Of a DNA stretch of 64,000 nt, positions 13,530 through 27,291 are shown piece by piece (position 1 is the first letter of the stretch; every line of letters begins with the position of its first letter). Position numbers and translations under genes: made by a program. Below the pieces are notes generated by a model. It searched no databases and was not told where the DNA came from. It saw only the letters and a program-made list of their open reading frames with translations. This DNA is from Eledone cirrhosa (Eukaryota): positions 126,170,001 through 126,234,000 of the forward strand of contig OZ024745.1 in the NCBI GenBank assembly GCA_964016885.1, in the 5' to 3' direction.

Positions 13530-13720
13530 ATAATTGTTTCTACTTTTGGCACAAGGCCAGCAATTATCCCAGTGCATTACTGGCACTTTATCTTATCGAC
13601 CCCGTAAGTATGAGGCAAAGTTAACCTCGGCGGGATTTGAACTCAGACCGTAAAGGGACTTAACTCTGTGCTGGAAAGCATGGTGTCTGACCCTCCACCG
13701 ATACTGCCAATCCACTGCCC
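13530..13720 (-). mobile_element. SINE family A copy
   Basis: Full consensus aattgtttctacttttggcacaaggccagcaatt...ccgatactgccaatccac. Confidence 0.9.
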
Positions 13721-14539
13721 TATGATATATAATAAAAGTGATATTGCCAAATTGGCAAAAAATAACAACAACATATATTATGGCAAGCATTACTCGTTAT
13801 GCTCATATTAAGATTTCCTACTCTAAATTCAGCTTAAATCAACATTTCTGATAGTCATAGTACTTCTAGCTTCACATTCAATATTTGGAAGTGCAAAATA
13901 TGTCCTTCCATCAATTAGCATGTCAAACTTCCCGCCCGTAAGAAGAATTAAATGAAGTTGAAAAATAGATAAATAAAATAAAATAAAATTTGTGATGGAT
14001 AATCCCTTAATATTGATTTTCAAATATTGATTTTCACTATGGTATAATATATTTTTAATAAAGCTATTCAAATGATTTTCGTAACTTCAACCCAATTAAA
14101 TTAGGCATATTGCAAAATATATAAATACAAATTAATCATTGAAATACAACGAATTTGAGGGGAATTTACAAAGAATGAAAATCATAAGAGGCATTAAAAT
14201 ATGGGAGAAACATCCTACACATGGAATTAATTAACGATTAGAAGATGAAAAGAACACAGCTTCTTTGAAAGAAAATTAATCCAACCATTTTTTCATTATA
14301 AAAAATAGTTTGTTTTTCTCAAGGGTTTCTAAGTTGATTTTTAGCATATTCTCATCACTCTTGTATTTAGCCAGCCCTCCCCCAATAACTGTATAAGATG
14401 GCAGGAGACACTCCAAATCAAAGTAATAATATTAAGTAATATCTCATAACTTATAGAGTTGTTGAAAACTTCACTGTTAAAGGACACAGTGAGGAAATTA
14501 TTACATAGCTAACTGCATCAAAATTGACATGAGTATGAG

Positions 14540-14720
14540 AGGATTTGAATGCTGGAAACTACACTGGTCAGTAGTAAAGTGACTGTCACTGCTTGCATGA
14601 GCCAGTCTCCTCTTTGTATGTACCAGGCTTTGTGTGAAAGTTAAACAACATTTAGTTAAACAACACTGCTCAAACGATGATGTGGTGTGATTGTTATTAT
14701 GCAACCTGACCACACCACAG
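14540..14720 (-). pseudogene. Possible highly decayed Tc1-type transposase fragment
   Basis: VRLHNNN...LT...HTKRRLAHASSDSHFTTDQC resembles the Tc1 segment RRL.E.GL...LT..H...RL.WA..H..WT..QW. Weak. Confidence 0.35.
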
Positions 14721-14848
14721 ATTGTGATGCTCTGGTTCATGTTAGTCACCAAATTGGTAATAATACCAGATGTGAACCAGCTACTCAATCAGATGCAAAT
14801 CACTAGAAATATTACCACAGAGAGAGAGGGGGGAGAACTAGAAAGAGC

Positions 14849-14884
<36 letters not shown>

Positions 14885-14994
14885 GAGAGAAAGAGTATGT
14901 GTGTGTGTGTGTGCACAAACAAGCATGTGAAAATAGCAAGGTATAAAGGCAATCATAGGTAGCAAAGTTCTTCTTCAGAATCTTTGCCTAGTTT

Positions 14995-15280
14995 TTCATG
15001 AGAGGCCTGTGGGGGAAGAGTCCTCAAACACTCCCTGCAGTGGGTCTTGTTAGAATCAACTGTCTCCAGCTAATCCAGCTGGATCCCCAGCAACACCAAC
15101 CAAGCCCATGAATATCATCCAACCAACTTGCCTGGGTCTCCCTCAGGGTCTCCTGCCAGTTGGTTTTGCCTGTAAAATCTATCCACCGATTCTTTCCTGA
15201 GACATTCTAACCACATGTCCATAGTATCGGAGCTGTGATTTCTCAATTCATAGAAGTAGTGGCTCTACCTGGAATTTTCA
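14995..15280 (-). mobile_element. RTE-clade LINE C-terminal remnant
   Basis: Minus translation VEPLLL*IEKSQLRYYGHVVRMSQER...ILQAKPTGRRP*GRPR, the RTE-type LRW.GHV.RM...GRP signature. Confidence 0.8.
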
Positions 15281-15983
15281 GTCCATCTTGGTACACAGGT
15301 TAACCCATTAGCATTTAAACTGGCCATATCCGGCCAGAATTCCTTCACCTTTTTCTGTTCAAAGCTGCTATAACCGGCCGCTCATAGTGATGTTAAAGTA
15401 TGGTTCTCAAAATAAATAATATAAAAATCTCATAGATTCGATATTATATGGGATAAAGCCATTATCATGAAAATATAATAGTAAATATAGAAATATAGAA
15501 TAATGTAAATACTAAATGAGAGTTATCTCCCTTGGAGACTAGCCATTTTTCATTGTCACCGGAAGTAGTGAGATGTTATCATTCATTTCTTTTCCAAGGC
15601 AGTATGGAAGCCTTTATCACCTCATCTTTTTTCCTATATCACACACACACATATATATTATATATTTATGTGTATGCATACTATTGAAATAAATTAAAAG
15701 ATATTGAAAATTATATATCACAAGCTACATACCAAAATAGATGTTTTACAAAAGGCCTTCCCATTTATCATTATTATTTTTTTAAACTACTTATATATTA
15801 GAGAATTATCAGCCTGACTAAGGTGGAGTTCAATGGCATACAATGTGCATTGGCAATTAAGTCCCATTAATGCCCATTCAGGGGGGAATGTTCAGACAAA
15901 GAGGATTTAAAAGAAAAAAAAAAGGCAAGAAAATACATCCTAAGTTTACTGACATGTGTAACAACTGTACGTATGTATGTACT

Positions 15984-16015
<32 letters not shown>

Positions 16016-16124
16016 GTATACCCCTGACATTCGTGGTCCCAGTTATTCATGCAATTTTCCTCAGAAAAGACCACATATTCGTGGAATCGTTAATATCTTC
16101 CTCAAATTGTTATGGCTTTTTTTG

Positions 16125-16712
16125 TGGCAATTTGAATTTGCATCACCAGTCTGGAACCCCTATCTTGCTCAGACATTGACCGCCTGGAAACTGTTCAGAG
16201 ACGTGCAACCAAGCGAATACCCTCCGTCAGGCATCTACCATACTCTGAATGCCTTGCTTCCCTGGGCACATTGAAGCTCCGACACCTGGCAACTGACTTG
16301 GTAAACACCCACAAAATTGTTAACCATCTTGCCAACAACAACCCTGAGTACCTTTTTGATTTCCATGTGTCTAACACACGTGGATATGTCCACAAAGTCA
16401 GAAAACAGCACAGCTCCCATGACCTTCGGAAACATCTTTCCACACTCAGAGTTGCTGAAGCATGGAACAAACTACCTGCATCGGTTGTTAGCTGTCGAAA
16501 CTCTGCATCCTTTAAAACCTCCATGCTTCCCGAGATTCGCCAACACTACACCTAATGTTCCCCCTCCATACACATACACACATGTATATCATGACTCATA
16601 CACTATTCACTTCCCTGACCTTTGTATATTATTCTATGTACTATGCATGCACCTTTGACGAGTTGTAGTGCACCTGAGCCTTTACACAATAATTTCATTA
16701 TTATCATTATTA
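16125..16712 (+). mobile_element. 5'-truncated CR1-clade LINE (RT C-terminus plus 3' UTR and ATT tail)
   Basis: EFASPVWNPYL..IDRLETVQRRATKRIP...NTRG...LRKHLSTLRVAEAWNKLPASVV. One frameshift; ends in attattatcattatt. Confidence 0.9.
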
Positions 16713-16893
16713 TATATATATTTTAAAATTATTAATAACAATATACCGTATTTGCTGGGATGCCCCTTTCAATAAGACGCTCCCTCTTTTTTGTATATTT
16801 TACATTATATTTTGACGTTTATAGACATTTCGTGGTTTTTCACTCTTCACAGGAACGTAACCCTGAGATTACCGGAGGTCAACTGTATATATT

Positions 16894-17022
16894 CATCATC
16901 ATCATCATCATCACCGTTTTACGTCCGTTCTTCCACGCTAGCATGGGTTAGATGGATTGTCCTGTTGTGGGCAGTAGCCGGTCAGCTGACCATGCCTTGC
17001 TCATACGGGAACTGATTCTGGT

Positions 17023-17063
<41 letters not shown>

Positions 17064-17330
17064 TTTACGTCCATTCTTCCACGCTAGCATGGGTTAGACG
17101 GGCTGTCCTGTTGTGGGCAGTAGCCGGTTGGCTGACCATGCCTTGTTCATAAGGGAACTGATTCTGGCTTCATCATCATCATCATTTTACGTCTGTTCTT
17201 CGACACAAGCATGGGTTAGACGGGGTGTCCTGTTGTGGGCAGTAGCCGGTCAGCTGAGATGCCTTGTTCATACGGGAACTGATTCTAGCTTGATTTCTAC
17301 AGCTGGATGCCCTTTCTAACACCAACCTCA
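16894..17330 (-). repeat. Tandem triplication of the 3' part of a second SINE family with a (GAT)n tail
   Basis: Three roughly 130-150 bp units, each starting (cat)n-ttttacgtcc. Relatives at about 3510-3735, 20430-20620 and 50460-50670. Confidence 0.85.
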
Positions 17331-20300
17331 TATTATATATATCAGAGGGATATGAAATCTATGAACTGTAATCTCTTAATGTACATGTAATAATTCTTTC
17401 TACCATTAGCACAAGGCTAGTATTTTAAGAGACGTGAAAAGTCGATTATACTGATTCCAGTACATGACTGGTACTTTATTCTGTCAATCTCAGAAGGATG
17501 AAAGGCAAAGTTGACCTCAGCAGGATTTGAACTCGGAATTGAAAGAGACGGAATGAACACTGCTAATCATTTTGTCCCACTTCTTACCAATTCTGTAAAT
17601 TCACTGCTCTTGCACTGGTAGTAATAATAATTTATAATTTAGGCCCAAGGCCATTATTTTTTTGTGGGTAGGAAGTGTTGATTCAATTATACCAATTCCA
17701 GTTCTTAAATGGTACTTTATTTTATTGACCCTGGAAGTATGAATGCTAAAGTTGACCTCAGCGGGATTTAACTCAGAAAGTAAAGAGCCAGAACAAAGAA
17801 CTCAATGGTATTTTATATGATGTTCTAACCATTCACCACGGTTAATGATTATGATATTAAACCTCCTTCATGTGCAGTCAGTAGTCCAGCCTTTTAACCT
17901 ATCAACTTCTGAGCCTTTCCCATCATATTCAAACTCCCTTCACCCAAACACATCCTGATTCTTTTGTCATTGCTCTCTCCTTAATTCAAATGCTTGGTCA
18001 CCATGCCTTGAACAAACGTTGACAAATGTTGAGTAGTGTGCACTCCTTAGTCTTGTTTCACACAAGGCACCCTCACTGGTGCTAGTGGCATGATAAAAGG
18101 GACTCAGTACACTCTGTAAAATAGTTGGTAATTGAATAAAAGTAATGTAGGCTGTGGTAGATCCTTTAGTTCTGTTGATGACAAAACTTCTCTAGTGTTA
18201 ATGCTATGATAATTTGCACCCAGTACACTCTATAAATTGGTTTATGTTAGGAAGGTCATCCAACCAGAGAAACATGCCATAATAAAAACATATGTGTGAG
18301 ACATGGTTCTATAATTCATTTATGAGAGCAATAACTCTGAATAAGGACCATGACAAATTGTCCAAACTATGTTAGCATGGAAAACAGACATAAAATGATA
18401 TATATAATCATGCTATAATTGGCAATAGGAAAGGCATCCACTAAGCAAATTAATAATATGACATACATAACAACAAAGATCAGCAGTTTTTTTTTTGTTG
18501 TTGTTGTATGTACTATGATGACCGACCATGACAGATGTTGAGATGCTGTAGGGGACCAGTATTCAAAACTCATAAACATAAGGATGCTTGGGTATTGAAT
18601 ATGAAATCATTAAGTCTCTATATAATAATTTTGTATTCAAAATTATTATTGTACCCCCAAATAAAACATTACATGCTACTTGCCTTAGTTTGCCATGCTG
18701 AAATAAGATAGATGTTAACAGTTCCGTATGAGCAAGTCAGTCATCTGATCTGATTTGTCTCGGGACAACTCGTTTAACACATGCTACGTTTAACACATGC
18801 TAACATGGAAAATGGATGTTAAACGGTGATGGTGATTATGATGATAATGTTATCACTTTAAAATTAACGGACCAACAGTTTGAATTTGCAAAAATATATT
18901 CTAATACTTCTTATGAGAATGATGTTCATAAAAATCTCATTATCACAGTTTCTAGAAAATACCAATGATTACAGCAGCAGGGAAACTAAAAAAGCTTACC
19001 TGGCAAAGTGTCTAATATTTGGTTATTAAAAACATAAAGACACTACATCACAATCACACAACCTTTTTACAAACTATTACAGCCTAATTAGAAATTGCAC
19101 ACAAACAAACTTAAAAAAGAGACAGAATTTATAGCTCTGTATATTGGTTGGTTAAGATTTTATCATAGCAGATCAAGTTCCAGCCAAGAAAATATTTGCA
19201 AGAGTCACATTCAACTAAAATATTACAAGAAATATGGCGCATTAGAAAAGTTTCCTTTATTATTTTTATATGTGTAGTTATCTGTTTAGTTGTTTTATTT
19301 TATTTTCAGGTAAATCAACTACTTATATATATGAGTTGTTTACGAGATATTTTGTGGTAACTGAGTCAAGGACAATATAATTTCTCTTTTGCTACCTATC
19401 TGCCTATCTATGCATACACATGTATACATGCATGCATGCACTTATGGACTTATGCATTCATACACATAAACCCCCACACAAATAAATAATTCACTAAATA
19501 CAATCGAGAAATTTACACATTTCACAATGCACATAACATAATTTAATTGGCATCATACAGATCATATGATATGCTGCATATCACATGTAACAATGTATAT
19601 TGCATATGCCACACAACATCCACTATCAAATGCATTTGGCATACACACATGCATACATATATACATTAAATACATACATACACAAACACACAGAGGGTTG
19701 GCATTATGAAAGACATCCAACAGAACAACATGGTCTTGAAACACCCCATCTAACACATGCCAGCATACAAGTAAATATCTCTCCAAAATGTCTTAAGGAA
19801 TATGTGTACATATAATATATATAAGGGATAAAGATCCCATAACTCCTTGTGGAGTTGTAGAAGAACACTTTTAAACCTGACGGAGCCCAACCCTCTCCAG
19901 GTCGGAACACAACTGAATTTTTCTATAGAGGAAGAATTGACCCCAGTACTGGACTGGTAGTTTTTTATCGACCTTGAAACGATGAAAGGCAAAGTTGACC
20001 CTGACAGGATTTGAACTCAGAGCGTGCAATGAGGTAGGGCAAATACTGTAAAGTATTCTATCTGTCTTTAATGGTGATATATATATATATAATTGTTTCT
20101 ATCGTTGGCACAAGGCTAGCAATTATCCCAGTGCATTACTGGTACTTTATTTTATCGACCACATAAGGATGAAAGGTGAAGTTAACCGTCGCGGGATTTG
20201 AACTCAGACCATAAAGAGGCATAACTCTATGCTGGAAAGCATGGCGTGCGACGCTCTACCGATACTGCTAATCAACTTATAATAGGAAGTTGATGGGACT

Positions 20301-20392
20301 AACATACGTTTCACTGCTACAGCCAATCTCTCAGACTTTTACAAAGCACTGAGGTGATAAAATTAACATAGCATCTCCTTGCATGAGCACAC

Positions 20393-20432
<40 letters not shown>

Positions 20433-22898
20433 TCATCATCATCATCATCATTTTACGTCCGCGTTTGCCTGCTTGCAAGGGTGGGATGGAAACTGATTCT
20501 GGCTTGATTTCTACAGCTGGATGCTCTTCCTAACACCAACCTCATTTACAGTGAGTGCTGGGTGCTTTTTTGCCATGGCGCCTACACGTCCATTTTACAG
20601 TGAGTGCTGGGTGCTTTTTTGCTGTGGCACCTCCACGACTACTTTGCAGTGGAATGATATGGACCCCAGTCCCTATCATCTCATTTCTACAGCTGAGTAA
20701 ACTGGAGCAATGTGAAATAAAGTGTCTTGCTGAAGGAAACAACACATCACCTGGTCTGAGAATTGAACTCACAACCTTTCGATTGCAAAGCCAATGCTCT
20801 AACCACTAAGCCATGTGCCACATATATATATATATATATATATAGCCCCCTCCCCCCTCCTCAAGTGGTGTCAGGTGTAGAACACACATTTATATACATA
20901 CATTACATTGTTTTGTCAGTTGTATGTTTTTTTGCTAAAATTAGAATCTGAAATGTGACATTAAACTTCTATACTTTAAACTTTTAACACTGGAACTGAC
21001 CAAACCCAGTTGTCAAAAAGACAGGATTGTTCTTTGAAATTACTTATACTCCTCCTAATTCATGTTCATGTATATCCTACCTACTATGAAGCCACACAGA
21101 AAATAACTTTGTTTTCATAGATTCATCATTCTTATATGAATACATTCACATATTTAATTGTTTCTACTTCAGGCACAAGGCCAGCAATTACCCAGTGCAT
21201 TACTAGTACTTTCTTTTATCGACCCCGTAAGGATGAAAGGCAAAGTCAACCTCGGCGGGATTTGAACTCAGATCGTAAAGGGACGTAACTATGCTGGAAA
21301 GCATGGCGTCCGACCCTCTACCGATACTGCCAATCCAATTTAATAACGTTCTATTTGTGAAGGCACATAACTTTGTAGTTAGAGAATTGGATTCACAAAT
21401 GTGAAGTTGTGAGTTTGGTTCCCAAACCAGCAATGCATTATGTCCTCGGGCAAGACATTTTATTTCACATTGCTCATTTTGCCAGGAGTTGCGACCAATA
21501 GATAGTATCAGCAATGGAAAAACCAATGGAAACATTGTCTACTTTGACGAGTTTCAACCCCACTTGGTCTGGAATCTTGTTGATCAATTCAATCATTTGA
21601 TGGTTTAAGGGTTACAGTGTTCAGCTGTCTCATCAGACCCATGACCATTCCAAATCACTGATTTAAAAACCTTGATGACGACCTTTCAAGTGGCTCAACA
21701 GCTTCATCTTCTTGATGAAGGTGGATGAGCTGTGGCTTGGTAGCCAGATTTCTAGTAATGGTTGGACAAGGATTCGGGACATACTTCCAAATGAGTACCA
21801 TTGATATAAGCATTATATAGATGCACATTGGTGCAAATTGTCCATGGTCTCTGACCCTCAACAATGAAGATAAAAAGTGACTAGATATATACTCAGAAGT
21901 ATTTTATGCTGAATGAAACAAACACAAGTGCACAAGTAGAATACATAAATAGAAGACATATGGTAATTTTGGAAGTTAGCCCTCAAAAACATAATAACAC
22001 AGGATATAGCTGTCTAAATTATAATCATGTCAGCATTTATGTATGGATGTTAAATTGACAAGAATGATAAAAATGATAATATAAATAGCCAAAATGTTAC
22101 AATGAGTAATTTAATAAATACAGGGCTGGTAAAATAATATTACAGTTGCACTATTAGATAAAATTGGCAAGTAGTAAGGTAAAAGAGTAACTTCTGTATA
22201 TCTGAAAGCTAGTCTGTGTGTTACTCAAAGCAAAAACTCGAGTTATTACATCAAGTTGAAAGCTAACACATATAATGCTTTTCCCTTGGATACTCATACA
22301 GTTACATTATATTCTAATTGCTGGCACAAGGTCAGCAATTAGAAGGGAAGATGAAAGTCGATTAAATTGACCCCAGAACAATATTGGGACTTTGGGATGA
22401 AAGGCAAAGCAAACCTTGGTGGGATTTGAAATGAGAACATAACCGATGCCTTACCAATAATGCCAATCCATGTATAATAATTGTTTCCACTTTTAGCACA
22501 AGGCCAGCAATTACCTCAGTGTATTACTGGTGCTTTATCTTATCGACCCCGTAAGGATGAAAAGCAAAGTTAACCTCGGCGAGATTTGAACTAAGACCAT
22601 AAAGAGCCGTAACTCTATGCTGCAAAGCATGGCGTCCGACCCTCTACCAATACTGCCAAATCCACAATACCAGAATCTTCTGTAGACAACTCTCACTCAC
22701 GTCTAAGAACTAAGAATTGAAAACTGCTAAAAGATATTTGGCACTGATTTACAGTGAAATCTGTAGAAGGCAACAAGAATAATAGTCACAAAAGACTAGA
22801 GTAAAGAAGGTAGCAGTCTTCTTTGCTACTGACAACATAGTTTTAGGTTAGTAACAGAAACAAATTCTTTCCAAAAGTACCTTCAAATAAATACAGCT

Positions 22899-22992
<94 letters not shown>

Positions 22993-23074
22993 TACACATA
23001 CACAGATAAATAGATAGAATGATATACACAACACACATACATACACTCACTTCCTCTGATATTAACAACATAAA

Positions 23075-23128
<54 letters not shown>

Positions 23129-23191
23129 ATAATAATAAAGAGGGCTCGATAAGGATAAATATATATCAAATACATAAGAACCATAGAGCAA

Positions 23192-23311
23192 ATATTTATT
23201 AAAATAACAGATTAAAGTTTAAGCAAAGAATCGCTGCTTTCACCCTTAACGGGATCTTCTGTTAAGGGTGAAAGCAGCGATTCTTTGCTTAAACTTTAAT
23301 CTGTTATTTTA

Positions 23312-23319
<8 letters not shown>
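23192..23319. repeat. Perfect 59-bp-arm inverted repeat abutting (TA)n
   Basis: 23192-23250 is the reverse complement of 23261-23319, with a 10-nt spacer. Confidence 0.95.
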
Positions 23320-23369
<50 letters not shown>

Positions 23370-23372
<3 letters not shown>

Positions 23373-23812
23373 CAATGATATTAAATAAATGGAAACCATA
23401 TTTCTAAAACCATATTTATTCTATTATATATATTTCAAGGGTACCAAAAGTTTGGTACACTATCATCAGATAAAATACGAAGTGTGTTTTATAAATTTTG
23501 ACATAACCCAGGAGAATATACCTTAATGGTTCAAGTTTTCCTTGGATAGTCAAGGACAGCTTGAACCATTAAGGTATATTCTCCTGGGTCAAAATTTATA
23601 AAACACACTTCGTATTTTATCTGATGATAGTGTACCAAACTTTTGGTACCCTTGAAATATATATAATAGAATAAATATGGTTTTATAAATATAGTTTCCA
23701 TTTATTTAATATCATTGTATATTATACTCCAGAAAACTTGTAGAGTGCTCTGAATCAGTTATAAACATTTATTTTTGTTGAATTACCAACAAATTGAATA
23801 TCCCTTCTGCTT
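23370..23812 (+). mobile_element. PLE-terminal-repeat-like element with an inverted 5' duplication (arms about 23370-23543 / 23551-23720)
   Basis: About 170-bp arms containing a hammerhead. Bounded by (TA)n at both ends. A homologous copy lies at 63047-63290 on the minus strand. Confidence 0.75.
23613..23673 (+). ncRNA. Type-I hammerhead ribozyme motif
   Basis: Helix I tattttat/atagaata (8 bp, 1 GU); CTGATGA; helix II gtaccaaa/tttggtac; GAAA; palindromic helix III; ATA cleavage triplet. Confidence 0.8.
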
Positions 23813-23964
23813 ATATATATATATATACATATATGTACACACACATATATACATATGCATACACACTGACATATACACACTCACGCGTGTGTCACTCTTA
23901 TTTTTTCATTAATAAAATAAATTCCATTAAATAAGAAATTAAACTGGTTGGCAGAGATAGACTT

Positions 23965-24280
23965 GTGTTGGTAGTGGTAGTAGCAGTGGTTGGTTGTAGT
24001 AGTGGTAGTAGTTGTGATGGGTGTGGTGTTGGTGGTGATGAATGAAGTAGTGGTGGCGGTGGTGGTGATGAATGTAATAGTAGTAGTGGTGGTGGTGGTG
24101 GTGGTGACGGGTGTGGTGTTGGATGTTGTAGTCGTTGTGGTGGTGGTAGTGGTGGTGGTGGTGATGTATGTGGTGGATGTGGTGTTGGTGGTAATGGATG
24201 AAGTAGTGGTGGTGATGGATGGTGTAGTGGTGGTGGTGGTGGTGATGGTTGCAGTAGTAGTAGTTGCAGTGGTGGTGTTG
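23965..24280. repeat. Degenerate (GGT/GTA)n tract, followed by (CA)n at 24324-24432
   Basis: Read directly. Confidence 0.9.
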
Positions 24281-24318
24281 TTTACTGTAAATTTTTCTTA
24301 CACCAAATCAAGTTTTAG

Positions 24319-24433
<115 letters not shown>

Positions 24434-25289
24434 CGTTTTAATTTTGTTTTTCTTTTGACTTCTTGGTTGTCAGCTACCCTGGGTGGAAATAACACCATGT
24501 CTGTTGATTGTTATCTTAGAGAATGTGTGTGTACATACAAATACACACATACACATAGAACTTAATCCTACATTGAAAGTTCTCAACGTGTGTGTGTGTT
24601 TCATTTTCTGAAGAAAAAGTTGGCAGAGATTTTAATGTTTAAGCACTGGTACCTTCTTTTTAGTCAGGGGTGGCACCAGCATCTAAACTTCGAACTCAAT
24701 ATAATCTTTTACTTCAGAATATATAACACATACTCTCGGTTCCTATATATATAATAAAGGGGGTAGAATAAGTAAGAGGAGTTTGGAATAAGAGCGGGGA
24801 GGGGGAAATCGGTAATTTTTCTAGGTTGTCTCCGTTCATTTTTTGAAAAAATAACCCCGTATTCGTTTAGTTTACATATTGTGATCCCAACCCATCCTGT
24901 CTATTTGATAACATATGGCATTTCTAGTAATGTACTTTTATGTCATGTATAATGTTTTTAATATATAAAGAAAATTAATTGTTTCTACTTTTGGCACAAG
25001 GCCATCAATTACCCAGTGCATTACTGGTACTTTATTTTATCGACCCCGTAAGGATGAAAGGGAAAGTTAACCTCGGCGGGATTTGAACTCAGAATGGAAA
25101 GGGCTGTAACTCTTTGCGTCAAAGCATGGCGTCTGACCCTCTACCGATACTGCCAATCCACAATGAAACAAACATTATAGTGAAGAGAATTAAAAGGTAA
25201 GGAATAGCTTACACTTTCAAACTGTTTAACATAATAAAAGTTCGTGTTGATAGGAAATAAATAATTTTCTATATAGATAATGAACACAA

Positions 25290-25490
25290 CCACAAGGATA
25301 TGGTCTGAACGTGGAAAAGCCGAACTCGCACTGTCATCGCCTCCACCTCTCTCGCCCTCCCCATCTCTCTGTATGGTGAGCAAATGGGGTCCCACGTGCT
25401 GGTCTCCCCACAGCCCCGGTGGACAGAATGGAGAAAGTGTTTCTCCGGAGGATGGTAAGGGAGATGCATGAAAGTCAATAATCTCGGAAA
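25290..25490 (-). mobile_element. CRE-like non-LTR element 3' end (decayed)
   Basis: Minus strand encodes ISLTILRRNTFSILSTGAVG, homologous to 53513-53887. Its 3' UTR is similar to 39425-39545. Confidence 0.65.
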
Positions 25491-25787
25491 CATGCGAAAT
25501 TTTTGTAAATATTGTCCCTGCAAATTCCACAGCCACGTGTACCCTAATGTCATTGGATCAGAGATTCAGCATGACAGGGCCAGCGCTTTGAATTGCAGGT
25601 ACATTTCGTTCAACTGGCTTCCAAACTGTCGGTCTACACAATTTCACTCATAGACCTAGTTCGATCCGAGGCTATGGTAAATGACACTTGCTCAGGATGC
25701 CACGTAGTTGGATCGAAACTGAGACCTTGTGATTGTGATTCTTAATCATTCTGCCAGACTGCTTCTATTCTTTCGATATTATATACT

Positions 25788-25970
25788 TATTGGCAGTATC
25801 GGTAGAGGGTCGGACGCCATGCTTTCCAGCATAGAGTTACGGCCCTTTATGGTCTAAGTTCAAATCCCACCGAGGTTAACTTTGCCTTTCATCCTTACGG
25901 GATCGATAAAATAAAGTACCAGTAATACACTGATATAATTGCTGGCCTTGTGCCAAACGTAGAAACAATT
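25788..25970 (+). mobile_element. SINE family A copy (rare plus-strand orientation)
   Basis: ttggcagtatcggtagagggtcggacgcc...gtagaaacaatt. Confidence 0.9.
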
Positions 25971-26064
25971 ATATATATATATATACAACGACGGAGGTGT
26001 GGTAAGGAACCAGATGGACTATAACGCACCAGAGTACTCAAAACTTAGGGTAGTAGAGTGGGTA

Positions 26065-26148
26065 ATAGGAAAAGGTATGACCACGACGGCAGAGCTCAAG
26101 CCGTTTCGACGGCTTGAGCTCTGCCGTCGTGGTCATACCTTTTCCTAT
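26065..26148. repeat. Perfect 40-bp-arm hairpin with a TTCG loop, in an island between (TA)n tracts
   Basis: ataggaaaaggtatgaccacgacggcagagctcaagccgt-ttcg-acggcttgagctctgccgtcgtggtcataccttttcctat. Confidence 0.95.
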
Positions 26149-26178
26149 ATTACACATATATATATTTCCTTATTACAC

Positions 26179-26217
<39 letters not shown>

Positions 26218-26261
26218 TGGCTTCATTGGAAATTTAAGACGCTGGTCTGAGACTTTTACTT

Positions 26262-26297
26262 CCCTCCGAAGAAGAGATATTATCTCGAAAATTAAGG
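26262..26297 (+). ncRNA. Minimal hammerhead-like motif (CCGAAGA core variant)
   Basis: cct-CCGAAGA-a-gagat(att)atctc-GAAA-at-TA-agg. Confidence 0.55.
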
Positions 26298-26425
26298 ACA
26301 TTTAAATAAATTCAAGGTGAAAGACGAATTCTCATCAATATCTCTCACTATTGCATTCTTTTTTCTATGTCCATATCTGCATTGTCTTGGCCTTATTACA
26401 CATATTCTAACGTTTATATATATAT

Positions 26426-26456
<31 letters not shown>

Positions 26457-27291
26457 TACTTTTGCACAAACAACATGCACGACATACGTAGATACACAAA
26501 CACATCTTTTAAACATTTATAAACACATTCTTCTGGTAATATAGCTGCTACATAATTTGTTCTTTAACTTTTCATCTCTTTTTTAAAGATGTATTTTTGC
26601 CAAATTTTGTTTCTGTACGTAACCATTCAGTAGTTTAGACAGCAAGGGTGGGACATTTTTCAGCTGGTATTACTACCCGACTTAGAAATATCGCAAACGA
26701 GTATTCTGCATACTAAATACGAACAATGCAATGCCTCGCATATGTAATATGTATGAACATATAACTCCTGATAGGGTCGTAGGGGCATTTTAAAAACTGT
26801 TGATACCCCGCACTCTCTGCAGGTCTGAACATAGCCGATTTCTTGCAGACAGACAGAGAGTAGAAGTGGGAAAGAGCTAACAGGAGAAATAATCGACTCC
26901 AGTACCGGGCTGGTACTTTCTTTTATCGACCCCGAAAGGATGAAAAGCAAAGGTGGCCTTGGCGTTATTTGAAGTCAGGGCGTAGAGAGCCAAAACAAAT
27001 ACCGCAAAGCAGTCTCTTCGACATTCTGGGGACTCTGCCAACACACCGCCTCATATGTTATATTATAGTCAGTTTTAAACTTTTCGATTAACTAAGATTA
27101 TCCATGCAATTAATAGTTAAAAACTCCTTCCTGGAATGGTTAAAATCTTAAAACAAGCAAGAGCGATATCTCCAATAACACGAGTTAATTAACATATTTG
27201 GAGAATATAAAAGTATGCAGTATGGAAATTGATCTGTGAACATACCATCTTTTAGTCAGACATAATACAGTCAAAGTCTAAAGTCTGTCTT

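Noticed and set aside
21600-21870. Possible mariner catalytic-domain remnant on the minus strand (FIKKMKLLSHLKGR)
   Set aside because: Too degenerate to support by eye.
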